This document shows, one piece after another, positions 19,914 to 29,518 of a stretch of DNA of 64,000 nucleotides. Position 1 is the stretch's first letter. Each line of letters begins with the position of its first letter. Position numbers and translations under genes: made by a program. Below the pieces are notes generated by a model. The model did no database searches, had not been told where the DNA came from, and was given only the letters and a program-made list of their open reading frames with translations. The stretch is from Thermofilum sp. (lineage in GTDB: Archaea > Thermoproteota > Thermoprotei > Thermofilales > Thermofilaceae): assembly GCA_038741495.1 (NCBI GenBank), contig JAVYKX010000001.1, positions 54,918 to 118,917 of the forward strand. The letters run 5' to 3'.

Positions 19914-20414
19914 TTGACTGGGGTGACTTCCGCGATGATTAGCGGGGAGTCTAGCAAAGTTAAGTTAACCGAGAAGCAGATGGAGCTGCTCAGGTTTCTC
20001 TTCAACAGGAGTAAGCCTTTAAGAGTTCACACGGTCGAGCTGAGCCAGAGGAAGATTTCCAGCGAGCTTGGCATATCGAGGCAAGCCCTCAACATTCACT
20101 TGCGGAGGCTCCGCGAGCTGAAGTTTGTGAGAACTGGCAGAGGCTTTATAGATGTAACAGATCGCGCCCTAAGCTACTTGGGCAGGCAGGAGGGAGAGGC
20201 TTTCATCTTTCTGCGCCTGGACCCTCCTAAGCGGCTGCAGGCTTACGATACTCTGAAGAAGCTTCCCGTGGACAAGGTCTTCAGAGTCACTGGAGATATT
20301 GACGTCATCATCCAGGTCTCGCAGTCCGTTCTCGACGAGGTGCTCAACACCATTAACACGCTGGATGGTGTGAGGGAGACGAGAACCTACGTGGTTATAG
20401 AGACTTTGAAGTGA
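19914..20414 (+). CDS. Lrp/AsnC family transcriptional regulator
   Basis: HTH SQRKISSELGISRQALNIHLRRL; C-terminal RAM domain VFRVTGDIDVI...DGVRETRT. Confidence 0.88.
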   Translation: MTGVTSAMISGESSKVKLTEKQMELLRFLFNRSKPLRVHTVELSQRKISSELGISRQALNIHLRRLRELKFVRTGRGFIDVTDRALSYLGRQEGEAFIFLRLDPPKRLQAYDTLKKLPVDKVFRVTGDIDVIIQVSQSVLDEVLNTINTLDGVRETRTYVVIETLK

Positions 20415-20427
20415 GCCGGCTTCGAGC

Positions 20428-21171
20428 TCAGAGTTCTAAACCGAGCTCGACGAGGAAGCCCCTCAAGTTCCTGTCAGCCTTGTAGCGCTTCAGCAACCCC
20501 CGCAGAGCCTCCCGAGGAAGCTGTATGCCAGCGCAGCGACTTATAACACTGTATTCATGCCCGGCTTTTAGCAGAAAGCTGAAGAATTGGGTCAGGTTCG
20601 ACCTGTTAGGGTTGAAAGTAGCTGACTCGAAGTCGATAATCACGGGTAGGAGTTCTCTCTCGCTAACGAGCACGTGATCCTCGAACCTGCTCAACTCGTT
20701 GTGCGCTAAACCTATGCTGTCTAGCATCATAAGCTGCTGAGCAAGCTTCAGCAGAACGATCCTCAGAGGCTCTCCGCAATTTCTCTCCGCGAAAACCCGA
20801 ATCGGCACGCCCTCGACGTACTCCCTGACGATGAAATTTCTCGAGTAGGCGTAGAGCCGGGGCCCCACCCCAACCTTGTTAGCCGCTTTGAGAGCCTCAG
20901 CCTCCCAGAGAAGGCTCTCCCTCCGGGAGTCTGAACGCCTAATCTTCACAGCCACCTCCCTTCCGTCTGCAAACCGCCCCTTCACAACGATGCTGGAGGT
21001 CCCTTTACCCACGACCCTGATGCCTCTAACCTCCGCGCCCCCCTCCTCAGCGATCTCCGCCACTCCAAGTAGCTTCATCTCGGTAAACCGCTGCAAGCAG
21101 CAGTCGTGCGTCGATGAAGGGTAGCATAGGATTAGGCACCACTTTCCTATTTCTGAAGGCACAGCATCCAC
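20428..21171 (-). CDS. Ser/Thr protein kinase (RIO-like, COG2112 type)
   Basis: VGKGTSSIV, VAVKIRR, HNELS catalytic loop, IIDFESA; follows cca. Confidence 0.85.
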   Translation of the reverse strand: MDAVPSEIGKWCLILCYPSSTHDCCLQRFTEMKLLGVAEIAEEGGAEVRGIRVVGKGTSSIVVKGRFADGREVAVKIRRSDSRRESLLWEAEALKAANKVGVGPRLYAYSRNFIVREYVEGVPIRVFAERNCGEPLRIVLLKLAQQLMMLDSIGLAHNELSRFEDHVLVSERELLPVIIDFESATFNPNRSNLTQFFSFLLKAGHEYSVISRCAGIQLPREALRGLLKRYKADRNLRGFLVELGLEL

Positions 21172-22547
21172 TCCTCAACACCCGTGAGCCAAGAGTACAG
21201 CTTCCTCCTATCCTCTCTCGTGCGACACCGCTCAACGACCTGGCCGAGATCTAAGAGCTCCCACCTTACTCCCTCGTAGCTACTAAGAACCCTGCTGACG
21301 ACATCCTCGGCTCTGCGCGTCTTCCGGGGGGCAACGACTACCCAGCGTTTCCCCTCTACGTAGGGGCCGCTGCCGCGCGAAACCCATTTCTCTAGAAAAG
21401 AGATGGAGTTGGGGCTCCACACCGGGGGGCCAAGGTGCTTCTTGAACTGCGGCAGCTCCCCGCTCTCCAGCTCTAGGGCGAGCAGGGGGCTATTCGCAGT
21501 CTCGATAAGCCTTTGCCTGTACACAGTGAACCCCTCCCTCTCTAGAGCTCTTCGAAGCTTCCGCAGAATGCGCGCGAGCTTACCTTTCGCAGCGTCGAGC
21601 GGCATCCCTGGAGGAGCCTCAGCGGCTATGAAGAGGAAGGATCTGCTCTCCGGTGAGCTCTGCAGCAGCGCATCATCGGGGGCTAGCTCGGGCGGCTCCA
21701 GGAAACAGCACAGTAACTCTTCTTTAAGGGTAGCCAGCCTCGCTACCGCGATCAGCTTGAGCATCGCCTCCTGGGAGACTGCTGCCGCGGCGTTTCTCAC
21801 AGGATCTACTGGGTCGAGGACTACGAGCGGTGCACCCCTAAACTTCTCCTCTCCAACGCCCTCCGGTATGAACGTTTTTCCCGGCTTCCACCCGGCAGCT
21901 GCTCGAAGAAGAGGTACTAGGCCGCCGTAGTGCACTACCAGAATTTCCGCGAGAAAGCCTGAGAATCCTCCCACCCAAGTCTCAGCGCCATATACGCCTA
22001 TATTCTTGAGAAGTTTCTTGAACAGCCTGATATCTGCTTTGAGCTGGGGATTCTCGGAGAGGGCACTGCGGATGAATGCTGTGTGGTGCGGCGTCCTGTC
22101 TACGGGGCTTATCAACTCAGCAGGGGAGGAGGTCTTGTACGCCGGAACGACCTCGACCTCTATGCTCTCAAGCTTAAGCACGTAGTAGGGGTGCGATGCA
22201 TACCTTACTTGGAGGCTTGCACCCAACTCTTCTGCAGCTAACCGGGAAACAATCCTCGTGGTTTCCTGCAGCGTCTCCAACCCCACTCCCTTCTCGAAAA
22301 GAAGGAAGATGTCAATGTCAACATCCCCGGGCAGCCAGGTATCTCTTGCAAAAGATCCTTGCAGCTCGATAGAAGAGACCTGAGTCCTGCGACCAGCAAG
22401 CTCTAGGGCCCTCCAGAGTGCCTCTGTCACTCTAGTGGCCTCTCTCTCCAACCGGGTCTTCTCCTCTACGGACGGTTCAAGCCTCTCAGAGATCTCGCGT
22501 AGGCAATCCTCGAGCCTCAAGGTGTTTTCAGCTCTCGGTGAGCGCAT
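21147..22547 (-). CDS. cca: CCA-adding enzyme (class I)
   Basis: GSFARDTWLPGDVDIDIF, YASHPY, VDRTPHH, GGFSGFLAEIL, LDPVDP.RNAAAA. Confidence 0.96.
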   Translation of the reverse strand: MRSPRAENTLRLEDCLREISERLEPSVEEKTRLEREATRVTEALWRALELAGRRTQVSSIELQGSFARDTWLPGDVDIDIFLLFEKGVGLETLQETTRIVSRLAAEELGASLQVRYASHPYYVLKLESIEVEVVPAYKTSSPAELISPVDRTPHHTAFIRSALSENPQLKADIRLFKKLLKNIGVYGAETWVGGFSGFLAEILVVHYGGLVPLLRAAAGWKPGKTFIPEGVGEEKFRGAPLVVLDPVDPVRNAAAAVSQEAMLKLIAVARLATLKEELLCCFLEPPELAPDDALLQSSPESRSFLFIAAEAPPGMPLDAAKGKLARILRKLRRALEREGFTVYRQRLIETANSPLLALELESGELPQFKKHLGPPVWSPNSISFLEKWVSRGSGPYVEGKRWVVVAPRKTRRAEDVVSRVLSSYEGVRWELLDLGQVVERCRTREDRRKLYSWLTGVEEWMLCLQK

Positions 22548-23112
22548 ACTTCTCGATCGTCGTGTAGATGGGCCCACTGGGGGTTAAAGTGCTTCTTAAA
22601 AGGTAGAAGCAGTCTACCGGCTGTTCCCCAAGCACTGCCTCCGAGAGCCCTGCGAGAATCTTCCTGGCTTCGGGTGTCAGCGGTCCCTTAAGCCTGGCTA
22701 TAGTCAAGTGCGGCGTGAACCGCTCCTCAGGCTCCTCCTTACCGAGCTTGAGAGAATTCACTACCCTGTTAACTGCTCGGGCTAATTCCTCGAGTTGCAG
22801 AGCACCTTTCTCAACTCCAAGCCACAGCACTCTTGGGGACGACATTGTGGGGAAGCCGCCCACCCCCTTCAAGAGCATGGTGAACGGCTTGTACCTAATA
22901 CCGGCTAGCTTCTGCCTAAGCAGCTCAACGCCGGCCTGAGGTACCTCCCCTATAAACCTGAGAGTTATGTGAAGGTTCTCGGGCTCCACGAACTTAGCTC
23001 TCAGCCCGGCTCTCCCCAGATCCTGTTGTATCTGAGAGACCCTACCCACTACTAGCGGGTTGTCAACTTTCACTGCTACGAATACTCTCAGAAGCTCCCC
23101 TGTCCTCCTCAT
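22528..23112 (-). CDS. thpR: RNA 2',3'-cyclic phosphodiesterase (2H family)
   Basis: Two HxT motifs (HITLRF, HLTIAR); STLTPSGPIY. Confidence 0.95.
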   Translation of the reverse strand: MRRTGELLRVFVAVKVDNPLVVGRVSQIQQDLGRAGLRAKFVEPENLHITLRFIGEVPQAGVELLRQKLAGIRYKPFTMLLKGVGGFPTMSSPRVLWLGVEKGALQLEELARAVNRVVNSLKLGKEEPEERFTPHLTIARLKGPLTPEARKILAGLSEAVLGEQPVDCFYLLRSTLTPSGPIYTTIEKYALTES

Positions 23113-23512
23113 TCAACCACCGATTCAGGAGAGGACAGCTCAAGATATCCCTTTCACCGTACGCGCAGTGGCGCAAGTTGGGGCAGTAGAAGCATGGAAC
23201 CTCGTCTAGAAAGTCGGGGAGCTGCAGCTCTCTTTCTGCGGAGGGCACGGCTCGAACTAGGTAGCTTCGCCGTCCTTTGTAGATTATCTCCTCGCGCTTT
23301 ACTAAGCCTTGGCGTTCTAGACGCCTCAGAATTCTCATTCCCAGCCTGCTGTCAAGACCTATTTTCCTCCATAGGTCGCGCTGCATTATCCCTGTATCTC
23401 CAGCCTCCAGCACGGTTTCGTACACTTTCTTCTCCATCATCTCGTACTTTACCGAGTACTCTTCCAGCCGCTCTACATCTTCCTCCTCGAACGCTCTCTG
23501 TCTCGAAGGCAT
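23063..23512 (-). CDS. TFE-beta / RPC34(RPC39)-like wHTH protein with Fe-S cluster
   Basis: wHTH (GIMQRDLW..IGLD...LERQGLV) plus C-terminal PCFYCPNLRHC...SCPLLNRWL, the Cys pattern of RPC34/TFE-beta. Confidence 0.75.
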   Translation of the reverse strand: MPSRQRAFEEEDVERLEEYSVKYEMMEKKVYETVLEAGDTGIMQRDLWRKIGLDSRLGMRILRRLERQGLVKREEIIYKGRRSYLVRAVPSAERELQLPDFLDEVPCFYCPNLRHCAYGERDILSCPLLNRWLNEEDRGASESIRSSES

Positions 23513-23737
23513 CAGTACACCACTCCAAAGCCTTTAACCAGTCCTCACTTTTATCATTGCCTCTAATCCTTCAAACTGACCGGGAGATAGAGAATATGTG
23601 CTAGCTGAGGGGAGGAGAAGATAGCGCCGCTTCCTGTTCGCTTGAAACTCATCATCTATACCGGAGACGCTAAGGGACAACTTAAAGCGGCAAGCTTTTG
23701 GCTTTGCGTGCACAGGAGACTGAGGAGGGGTAATGTA

Positions 23738-24529
23738 ATGCATTTACTAGTTTTCGCCATAGGACCTGCAGGCTCCGGCAAGTCTACTTTCACTGCACAG
23801 TTCAGAGACTGGTTAGCCACTCAAAACATACCTGTGACGACCTTAAACTTGGATCCCGCGGTAGAGGAGCTCGCGTACCTACCCGACATAGACATTAGGG
23901 AGTATGTTTTCGTGAGGAATGTTCAGGAGAAGTACAAGCTCGGGCCCAACGGCGCGATAATCGCGTCGGTGGACCTTTCAGTAGAGTACCTAGGCGAAGT
24001 GAGCAGGCAGATTGACGAGGCACCGGACGGGTACATTCTCGTGGATACGCCCGGCCAGATGGAGATATTCATGTACAGGCAGAGCGGGGAGATAATAGCT
24101 GAAACTCTCTGCGAGAGCGGGAGGCGCTGTGCTGCTGCTGTAATTCTGGATGCGACGATATCGCTTTCACCCTCGGATTTCATCTCCCAGGTTTTCCTGG
24201 CAGCATCATCCTTCTATAGGCTCAACCTCCCGACGATAGCTCTGGTGAACAAAGTTGACATGCTTTCTCCAGAAGACAGGGAGAAGCTTGAAGAGTGGAT
24301 CTCCAACATAGTGTCTCTCGAGGAGCACTTGCTCTGGGCGCAGTCCGCCAGGCTGAGCTCTTTCACGAGCTCAGTTCTCAGAGTTCTCCACGACTTCATG
24401 CAGCTCGTTCCCTTCATCCCCGTCTCCTCGAGGACCTCGGAGAACTTTGAAACCGTGTACTACTTCCTTCAGCAGATCTACATGGGGGGCGAGGACTTTA
24501 GCGCGCCAGCCGAAGTCGATGGTGTTTAG
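23738..24529 (+). CDS. GPN-loop GTPase
   Basis: GPAGSGKST, NLDPA, LGPNGA, DTPGQME, NKVD. Confidence 0.95.
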   Translation: MHLLVFAIGPAGSGKSTFTAQFRDWLATQNIPVTTLNLDPAVEELAYLPDIDIREYVFVRNVQEKYKLGPNGAIIASVDLSVEYLGEVSRQIDEAPDGYILVDTPGQMEIFMYRQSGEIIAETLCESGRRCAAAVILDATISLSPSDFISQVFLAASSFYRLNLPTIALVNKVDMLSPEDREKLEEWISNIVSLEEHLLWAQSARLSSFTSSVLRVLHDFMQLVPFIPVSSRTSENFETVYYFLQQIYMGGEDFSAPAEVDGV

Positions 24530-24566
24530 CAGGAGCCGGGAGGGCTCCAGAGAACTGGGAAGGAGC

Positions 24567-25268
24567 TTACCCGACAAACTCTAAAAGCTTCTCGGCTGAA
24601 GGGGAGGAGGTGATGTACCTCCCAACTACGTAAATATCAGGCTTGAAGTGAGACTCGATAGTGCGCTTTAGCTCCGGCGTGAGACCGCCAGCTATGGAGA
24701 CTCTGACGCCTGGAGCCCTGGATCTCACAAGGTTCACAAGGGAAGACAGCTCCTGGAAGAAGGAGGGGTGGGCGGCCCCCTCGTCTATCCCTCTGTGGAA
24801 GCTGACGATCACCTTCGCCGGCTCGACGCCTCCTGCCTCGATCTCTTTCAGAATTTCCTCGAGCTTACTCCTAGCTGCGTGCGGCGTTAAGCCTAGGAAA
24901 TCTATTGAGACTCCTTTCTTTCTCTCTGCAGCCGCCTCGATAACAGCGCGCACCGTGCTCAACGGCGCTACAGCAAGCACTGTAGTGTAGTCGGCTCCAT
25001 GCTCGTAAGCGAGAGATGCTTCGAGTTTCCCTACGTCAGCTGTTTTCATGTCGGCTAAGAGGGGGATTCCAGGGGCCGCTATTTTCAGCTTAGACAGGAT
25101 GCCTACGCCCGCTGTTTTGATGAGCGGAGTCCCTGCTTCGATGATCACGTCGCTCGGGGATATCCTTCCGGTCTTGCAGCTCTCGTGAATGAGCCCTGCT
25201 ATCTTGAGAGCCTCCCTTTCTTCTGTAACATCGATAGCAACCTGGATTACAGACCTTCTCTGGTTCAT
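24567..25268 (-). CDS. 3-hexulose-6-phosphate synthase / OMP decarboxylase-family TIM barrel
   Basis: IQVAIDV, IEAGTPLIK, ADMKTADVG, AGGL, VVGR. Confidence 0.8.
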   Translation of the reverse strand: MNQRRSVIQVAIDVTEEREALKIAGLIHESCKTGRISPSDVIIEAGTPLIKTAGVGILSKLKIAAPGIPLLADMKTADVGKLEASLAYEHGADYTTVLAVAPLSTVRAVIEAAAERKKGVSIDFLGLTPHAARSKLEEILKEIEAGGVEPAKVIVSFHRGIDEGAAHPSFFQELSSLVNLVRSRAPGVRVSIAGGLTPELKRTIESHFKPDIYVVGRYITSSPSAEKLLEFVG

Positions 25269-25302
25269 AGCGATAACGTAGGTGGCAGCCACTATTTGAT
25301 GT

Positions 25303-27234
25303 TTACATCCGCTTGGGGGGTTCTATCCCCAGCAGGCGGAGACCGTTGCGGAGAACTATACCCACCATCCTAACTAGTGCCAGCCGGGTGACAACCTTAC
25401 TCTCGGTTGGAGCCCTGAGTACCGGGCAGGTATCGTAGTACCTGTTGAACTCGACCGCCAACTGGTTGAGGTAAGAGGCGACCATGTCTGGTCTCAGCTG
25501 GTCAGCCGACCTGGAGACAACATCCGGGAAGTCTCCCAATAGCAGCAGAACACCGCGCTCTTCCTCCCCTGCATCGATTAGGCTCACCTTCTCGAGGTCA
25601 TACCCCTGCTCGGCAGCCTTCTGCAGTATGCCTGCAGCTCTAACGTAAGAGTACTGAACGAAAGGCCCGCTGTTTTGTTCGAAGTCGAGAACCCTCTCCC
25701 AGGAGAACGTCAGCACTTTAGAGGGGGACGAGCTGAGGAAGTAAAACTTCAGAGCACCGATCCCCACACGCTCAGCATCCTCATGGGTTCCGAGACCCCG
25801 TTTCTCGATCTCCGCTTTAGCCCTGCTTACAGCCTCGTCTATGAGGCTATCCGCTGAGATGTAAACCCCTCTCCTGCTCGACATCCTAACGCCCGGCAGG
25901 CTCACCATCTCGTGGGAGTAGTGAACCAGTCTGCTACCGATATCCTCGTACCCCAGAGCGAAGAGCGCGAGCCTGAGCTGAGCCTGAGCAAGTGTCTGCT
26001 CTGCGGCGATAACGTTCACCACCAGGTCTGCTCTAGCTAGCTTCCACTCGGAGTAGGCGATATCGCGTGTAACGTAGAGAGTGGTACCGTCGGAGCGTGT
26101 CAAAGTCATCGGCGTGACAACCAACCCCTCAGCGATGCCCGCTTTCTTGCGGACCTCGGCGTCGGAAGCCAAGAGATCAGCCCTAAACACGAGAGCGCCG
26201 TCGCGCGTCTCGACCAGACCGGTCTTCACCAGCTTCTCAATTACTCTCTGAGTAGCCCCGCTCCAGACGGTGATCTCGCTTTCCCAATCCCAGCTGTCGA
26301 AGTGTATACTCAGCCGGTCGAGAGTCTGCTTGATCCCGGCCAGGCACCTCTCGACGACACTCCTGATAGCTTTAACCGCATCCTCCTCAAAATTCTCGTA
26401 CCTCTCGCCGAGGCTTCTGGCTGCACGCTCAATGTCCTGGCCGAGCCGCCCCACCTCGTCCACTAGCTTGTTGAAAGCTTCGGGATGCTTCCTGCTGTAC
26501 TCGTGAAGCCTGGCAGTATACTCCGATATCTTCGCGTTTATCTCCGCAACGCGGCTCGGGTCTCGTGTTGAGCGCAGCTCGCTCTTCAGTTTCTCCAGCT
26601 CGAGGAGGAGGTTAACCATTGTGTACACATCACCGACGAAATGGTCTGGCTTCCCCTTCTCGTAGGAGCCGGCGACCTTGTAGCCGAGCGCCGCGAAAGT
26701 CACCTGCAGCCCGACGTCGTCTACGTAAAAGTGGGTGTACACTTCGTGCCCCCTGCTGCGGAGGAGCCTCGCCAGGGCGTCACCGAGAATAGCGTTTCTC
26801 AGGTGGCCGATGTGAAGGGGGTGTATGGGGTTCGCGCTAGTGTGCTCGACGATTATCTTCAGCCTCTTCCCGCTGGGCACGCTTCCGTACTCGTCACCGT
26901 AGAAGAAGATCGAAGACTCGACAAGCTTTGAGTAATCCTTCAAGTTCACAGTGAAGTTGAGGAACGTGTTCTTAGCAGAATACGCGGCAAGCATGCTCGG
27001 CAGCCGCCGAGGGCTGAGAACGCTCACCAGCTCCTCAATACTCTTACCTGCTTGTGCGCAAACTTTGGAAAGCTGCGCGGAAACGTCTCCGAAAGCTCGC
27101 CTCTCTCTGCGCACTTCAATCGCAGTTTCCTCTACCGGGATTCCTCCCTCGCGTAGCCCCTCGAGTAAGAAGCCTCTCACCTGGTCTAGCAGAACGCCTA
27201 AAGGGTTCCTCGGCGGCAAGCTACCCACAGACAT
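25303..27234 (-). CDS. argS: arginine--tRNA ligase
   Basis: EHTSANPIHPLHIGHLRNA (HIGH), MSSRRG, GPFVQYSYVR, C-terminal DALR domain. Confidence 0.97.
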   Translation of the reverse strand: MSVGSLPPRNPLGVLLDQVRGFLLEGLREGGIPVEETAIEVRRERRAFGDVSAQLSKVCAQAGKSIEELVSVLSPRRLPSMLAAYSAKNTFLNFTVNLKDYSKLVESSIFFYGDEYGSVPSGKRLKIIVEHTSANPIHPLHIGHLRNAILGDALARLLRSRGHEVYTHFYVDDVGLQVTFAALGYKVAGSYEKGKPDHFVGDVYTMVNLLLELEKLKSELRSTRDPSRVAEINAKISEYTARLHEYSRKHPEAFNKLVDEVGRLGQDIERAARSLGERYENFEEDAVKAIRSVVERCLAGIKQTLDRLSIHFDSWDWESEITVWSGATQRVIEKLVKTGLVETRDGALVFRADLLASDAEVRKKAGIAEGLVVTPMTLTRSDGTTLYVTRDIAYSEWKLARADLVVNVIAAEQTLAQAQLRLALFALGYEDIGSRLVHYSHEMVSLPGVRMSSRRGVYISADSLIDEAVSRAKAEIEKRGLGTHEDAERVGIGALKFYFLSSSPSKVLTFSWERVLDFEQNSGPFVQYSYVRAAGILQKAAEQGYDLEKVSLIDAGEEERGVLLLLGDFPDVVSRSADQLRPDMVASYLNQLAVEFNRYYDTCPVLRAPTESKVVTRLALVRMVGIVLRNGLRLLGIEPPKRM

Positions 27235-27326
27235 GCTCCCACCCTCGAAGAAGGCAGGCTTTAAATAAGCTACCGCGCCGCGCGAAGAAAGCAATTAAAA
27301 AGGGCTTGAAAAAAAGAATCCCCGGC

Positions 27327-27423
27327 GGGCCCGTCGTCTAGCGGCAGGATGCCGCCCTTACAGGGCGTGGCCAACACCTAGGATCGGCGGTGGTCCCGGG
27401 TTCGAACCCCGGCGGGCCCACCA
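27327..27423 (+). tRNA. tRNA-Val(TAC), 22-nt intron at 37/38 (27363-27384)
   Basis: Acceptor GGGCCCG/CGGGCCC, anticodon arm CCGCC-CTTACA|C-GGCGG, BHB core CTTA/TAGG, encoded CCA. Confidence 0.93.
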
Positions 27424-27526
27424 TGCTCATTTTTCCCTTAGGCGCACTTCCAGCTCCCTGAATCTAGGAGAAGATGCGGTTTTCCCGAAATCCCAGCAAC
27501 TTCTCAGGAGTGAGAAAACCACCTAG

Positions 27527-27620
27527 TGGTGCGGCCGCCGGGATTTGAACCCGGGCTCTCCGCGCCTGAAGGCTCTGCGGCGTGGAAGGCCGCCATCCTA
27601 CCAGACTAGACCACGGCCGC
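27527..27620 (-). tRNA. tRNA-Gly(TCC), 17-nt intron at 45/46 (27558-27574)
   Basis: GCGGCCG acceptor, GCGGC-CTTCCAC-GCCGC arm, BHB (CCGC/GCGG, two AGA bulges), encoded CCA. Confidence 0.93.
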
Positions 27621-27767
27621 TGATAATGGAGAGGTCTTGAGGCATTTTAATTTTCCTCCGCTTTCCTCGCGCCGGGACATCGGAGGTAAAGCCTGTTCAC
27701 CCGGAAGAGCATCGCCTCGGAGTGCTCCTGAGCTATCCTCGGATCCCCGCTAAAGTTGGAAGAGAAA

Positions 27768-27861
27768 TGGTAGCCCGGCGGGGATTCGAACCCCGGATCT
27801 CCGCGCCTGAAGGCTCTGCGGGGCCAGAGCCCGCCATGCTTGGCCGCTACACCACCGGGCT
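27768..27861 (-). tRNA. tRNA-Gln(CTG), 17-nt intron at 45/46 (27799-27815)
   Basis: A1-U72 acceptor AGCCCGG/CCGGGCT typical of archaeal tRNA-Gln, GCGGG-CTCTGGC-CCCGC arm, same intron as the tRNA-Gly. Confidence 0.93.
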
Positions 27862-27995
27862 TCCAGCCACCATAATTATGGAAGGTTGTTTTAAGGTTTA
27901 CTTCGCCTTTCTCGAAGCGCTGCGCTTGTTCTCTGAACTCAGAGTGGAAACCGGTTGTTGAAGCTGGCAAAGCGCTTTTAACCCTGTGCTCTTCT

Positions 27996-28448
27996 GTGCG
28001 CGTGGACTGGATGAGGGTCAACAACCTCAAGGGGGTCGCTGTTTACCGTATCGACGAAGACGATGAGATCACTTGGCTCGACTGCCAGATAGCCGGCTTA
28101 AAGGTTGTTAGGGCTCGAGGAGACTTCGACAGCTACTTCCGCAAGCTGCGGGAGGTGATTCAAGAGCTTGGCTCGCTGAAAGGTTACGAGTACCTTCGCG
28201 AGTACACTCTGAGGTACAGGGCCCGCCGTAGACAGGGCCGCGGCTTCCTAATCTTCGCGGTATTCGCTTTTAGAGGGAGGAGAGTCGTAGGGGCTGTCTT
28301 AGGCTCCACGAGACCGGGGCTTTTGAGAACTCTCGATAAGAAACTTGCGAGCTTGGGCTGGCAGCGGTTATTCTTCTTGGAAATGAAGCTGCCGAGCAAG
28401 CACGCGCCGAGGCTCGGTAGCACCCGCTCGCGAGGCAGCGGAGTCTAG
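27996..28448 (+). CDS. hypothetical protein
   Basis: 150-aa ORF filling the gap between tRNA-Gln and tRNA-Leu; no motif. Confidence 0.65.
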   Translation: MRVDWMRVNNLKGVAVYRIDEDDEITWLDCQIAGLKVVRARGDFDSYFRKLREVIQELGSLKGYEYLREYTLRYRARRRQGRGFLIFAVFAFRGRRVVGAVLGSTRPGLLRTLDKKLASLGWQRLFFLEMKLPSKHAPRLGSTRSRGSGV

Positions 28449-28502
28449 CCTTAGTTAGGAGAACGCAAAGAATATACCTGGGGAGTCTCACTGTATCCCT
28501 CG

Positions 28503-28610
28503 GCGGGGGTGCCCGAGCTAGGTCAAAGGGGGCGGACTGAGGTCCTTGAAAGGGGGTCAGAGCTCCGCTGGCGCTGGCCTGCCCGGGTTCGAATCCCGGC
28601 CCCCGCACCA
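28503..28610 (+). tRNA. tRNA-Leu(GAG), 20-nt intron at 37/38 (28543-28562)
   Basis: GCGGGGG/CCCCCGC acceptor, GCGGA-CTGAGG|C-TCCGC arm, BHB core CTGA/TCAG, long variable arm, CCA. Confidence 0.92.
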
Positions 28611-28642
28611 TCCTCCTCTTTTAGCTACCGGTGATCTGAGTA

Positions 28643-29515
28643 ATGTGCACAGCATCAGGGAGGGGTTACCGGTTCACCGAGCGCAGAGGAGTTGTTCTGA
28701 CGCCGAAATCTGCCGAGCTCCTCCTCTCGAGGGAAGGAGTCTTCAGAGTACCCGTTGACTTCGGCACAAGGTACGTGGAGGCTCTCTCTAGCGGAGAAGA
28801 GGCGACGCTGGCTGTGGGGAGCGTAGCTGTGAGCTTGAGAAGAGAGTTGCTCGAGCGCACCCTAAAGGCTGAGAAGCTTCTCTTCGTCAGCCCTCAGGAG
28901 GCGTATTTTCTCGAAGTTCGAGCCAACCGGTACTACAAGCTCAAGTACCTTGGGGAAGGCGTAGCCCCTACTGTCGAGATCGATGGTATCCACATGCACA
29001 ACATTGTCGGCACAGATCCTCTGAGCGATGCGCGGAGAAAAGTAGCGCTAATCGGGGTGAGAGAGGGGCAGAGAGTGCTTGACGTATGCACAGGTCTCGG
29101 CTACACGGCGATCGTTTCAGCTTCACGCGGAGCAGAAGTAACGAGCATCGAGCTCGATGTCAACGTCTTGTGGCTTGCGGAGCACAACCCTTTCTCTCGA
29201 GGTCTTTCGAGGGTCGAAATATTGCTGGGCAACGCCTACGATGTTCTCGACGGGCTGGAGGATCAAAGCTTCGATGCCGTAGTTCACGATCCTCCTACCT
29301 TCGCTTTCGCCGGCGAGCTGTACGGCCTAGACTTTTACGGGAAGCTCTACAGAGTCATGAAGCCTGGTGCTCGACTGTTCCATTACACCGGTGCTCCGGG
29401 GAAGCACCGCGGGGTGGATGTTCAGAAAGGCGTGGCGGCAAGGCTCCGCGCCGCCGGCTTTAGGGTAGAGAGAGTTATCAAAGAGTATGGTATAGTTGCA
29501 GCGAAACCACCTTGA
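28643..29515 (+). CDS. predicted archaeal SAM-dependent methyltransferase (COG2521-like)
   Basis: PTVEIDGIHMH, VLDVCTGLGYTA, VVHDPP.F...GELY; start uncertain. Confidence 0.85.
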   Translation: MCTASGRGYRFTERRGVVLTPKSAELLLSREGVFRVPVDFGTRYVEALSSGEEATLAVGSVAVSLRRELLERTLKAEKLLFVSPQEAYFLEVRANRYYKLKYLGEGVAPTVEIDGIHMHNIVGTDPLSDARRKVALIGVREGQRVLDVCTGLGYTAIVSASRGAEVTSIELDVNVLWLAEHNPFSRGLSRVEILLGNAYDVLDGLEDQSFDAVVHDPPTFAFAGELYGLDFYGKLYRVMKPGARLFHYTGAPGKHRGVDVQKGVAARLRAAGFRVERVIKEYGIVAAKPP

Positions 29516-29518
29516 GAG

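Noticed and set aside
23505-23660. C/D sRNA upstream of the TFE-beta-like gene
   Set aside because: The C-like and D-like boxes are on opposite strands or lack D'/C'; the segment looks like promoter sequence.
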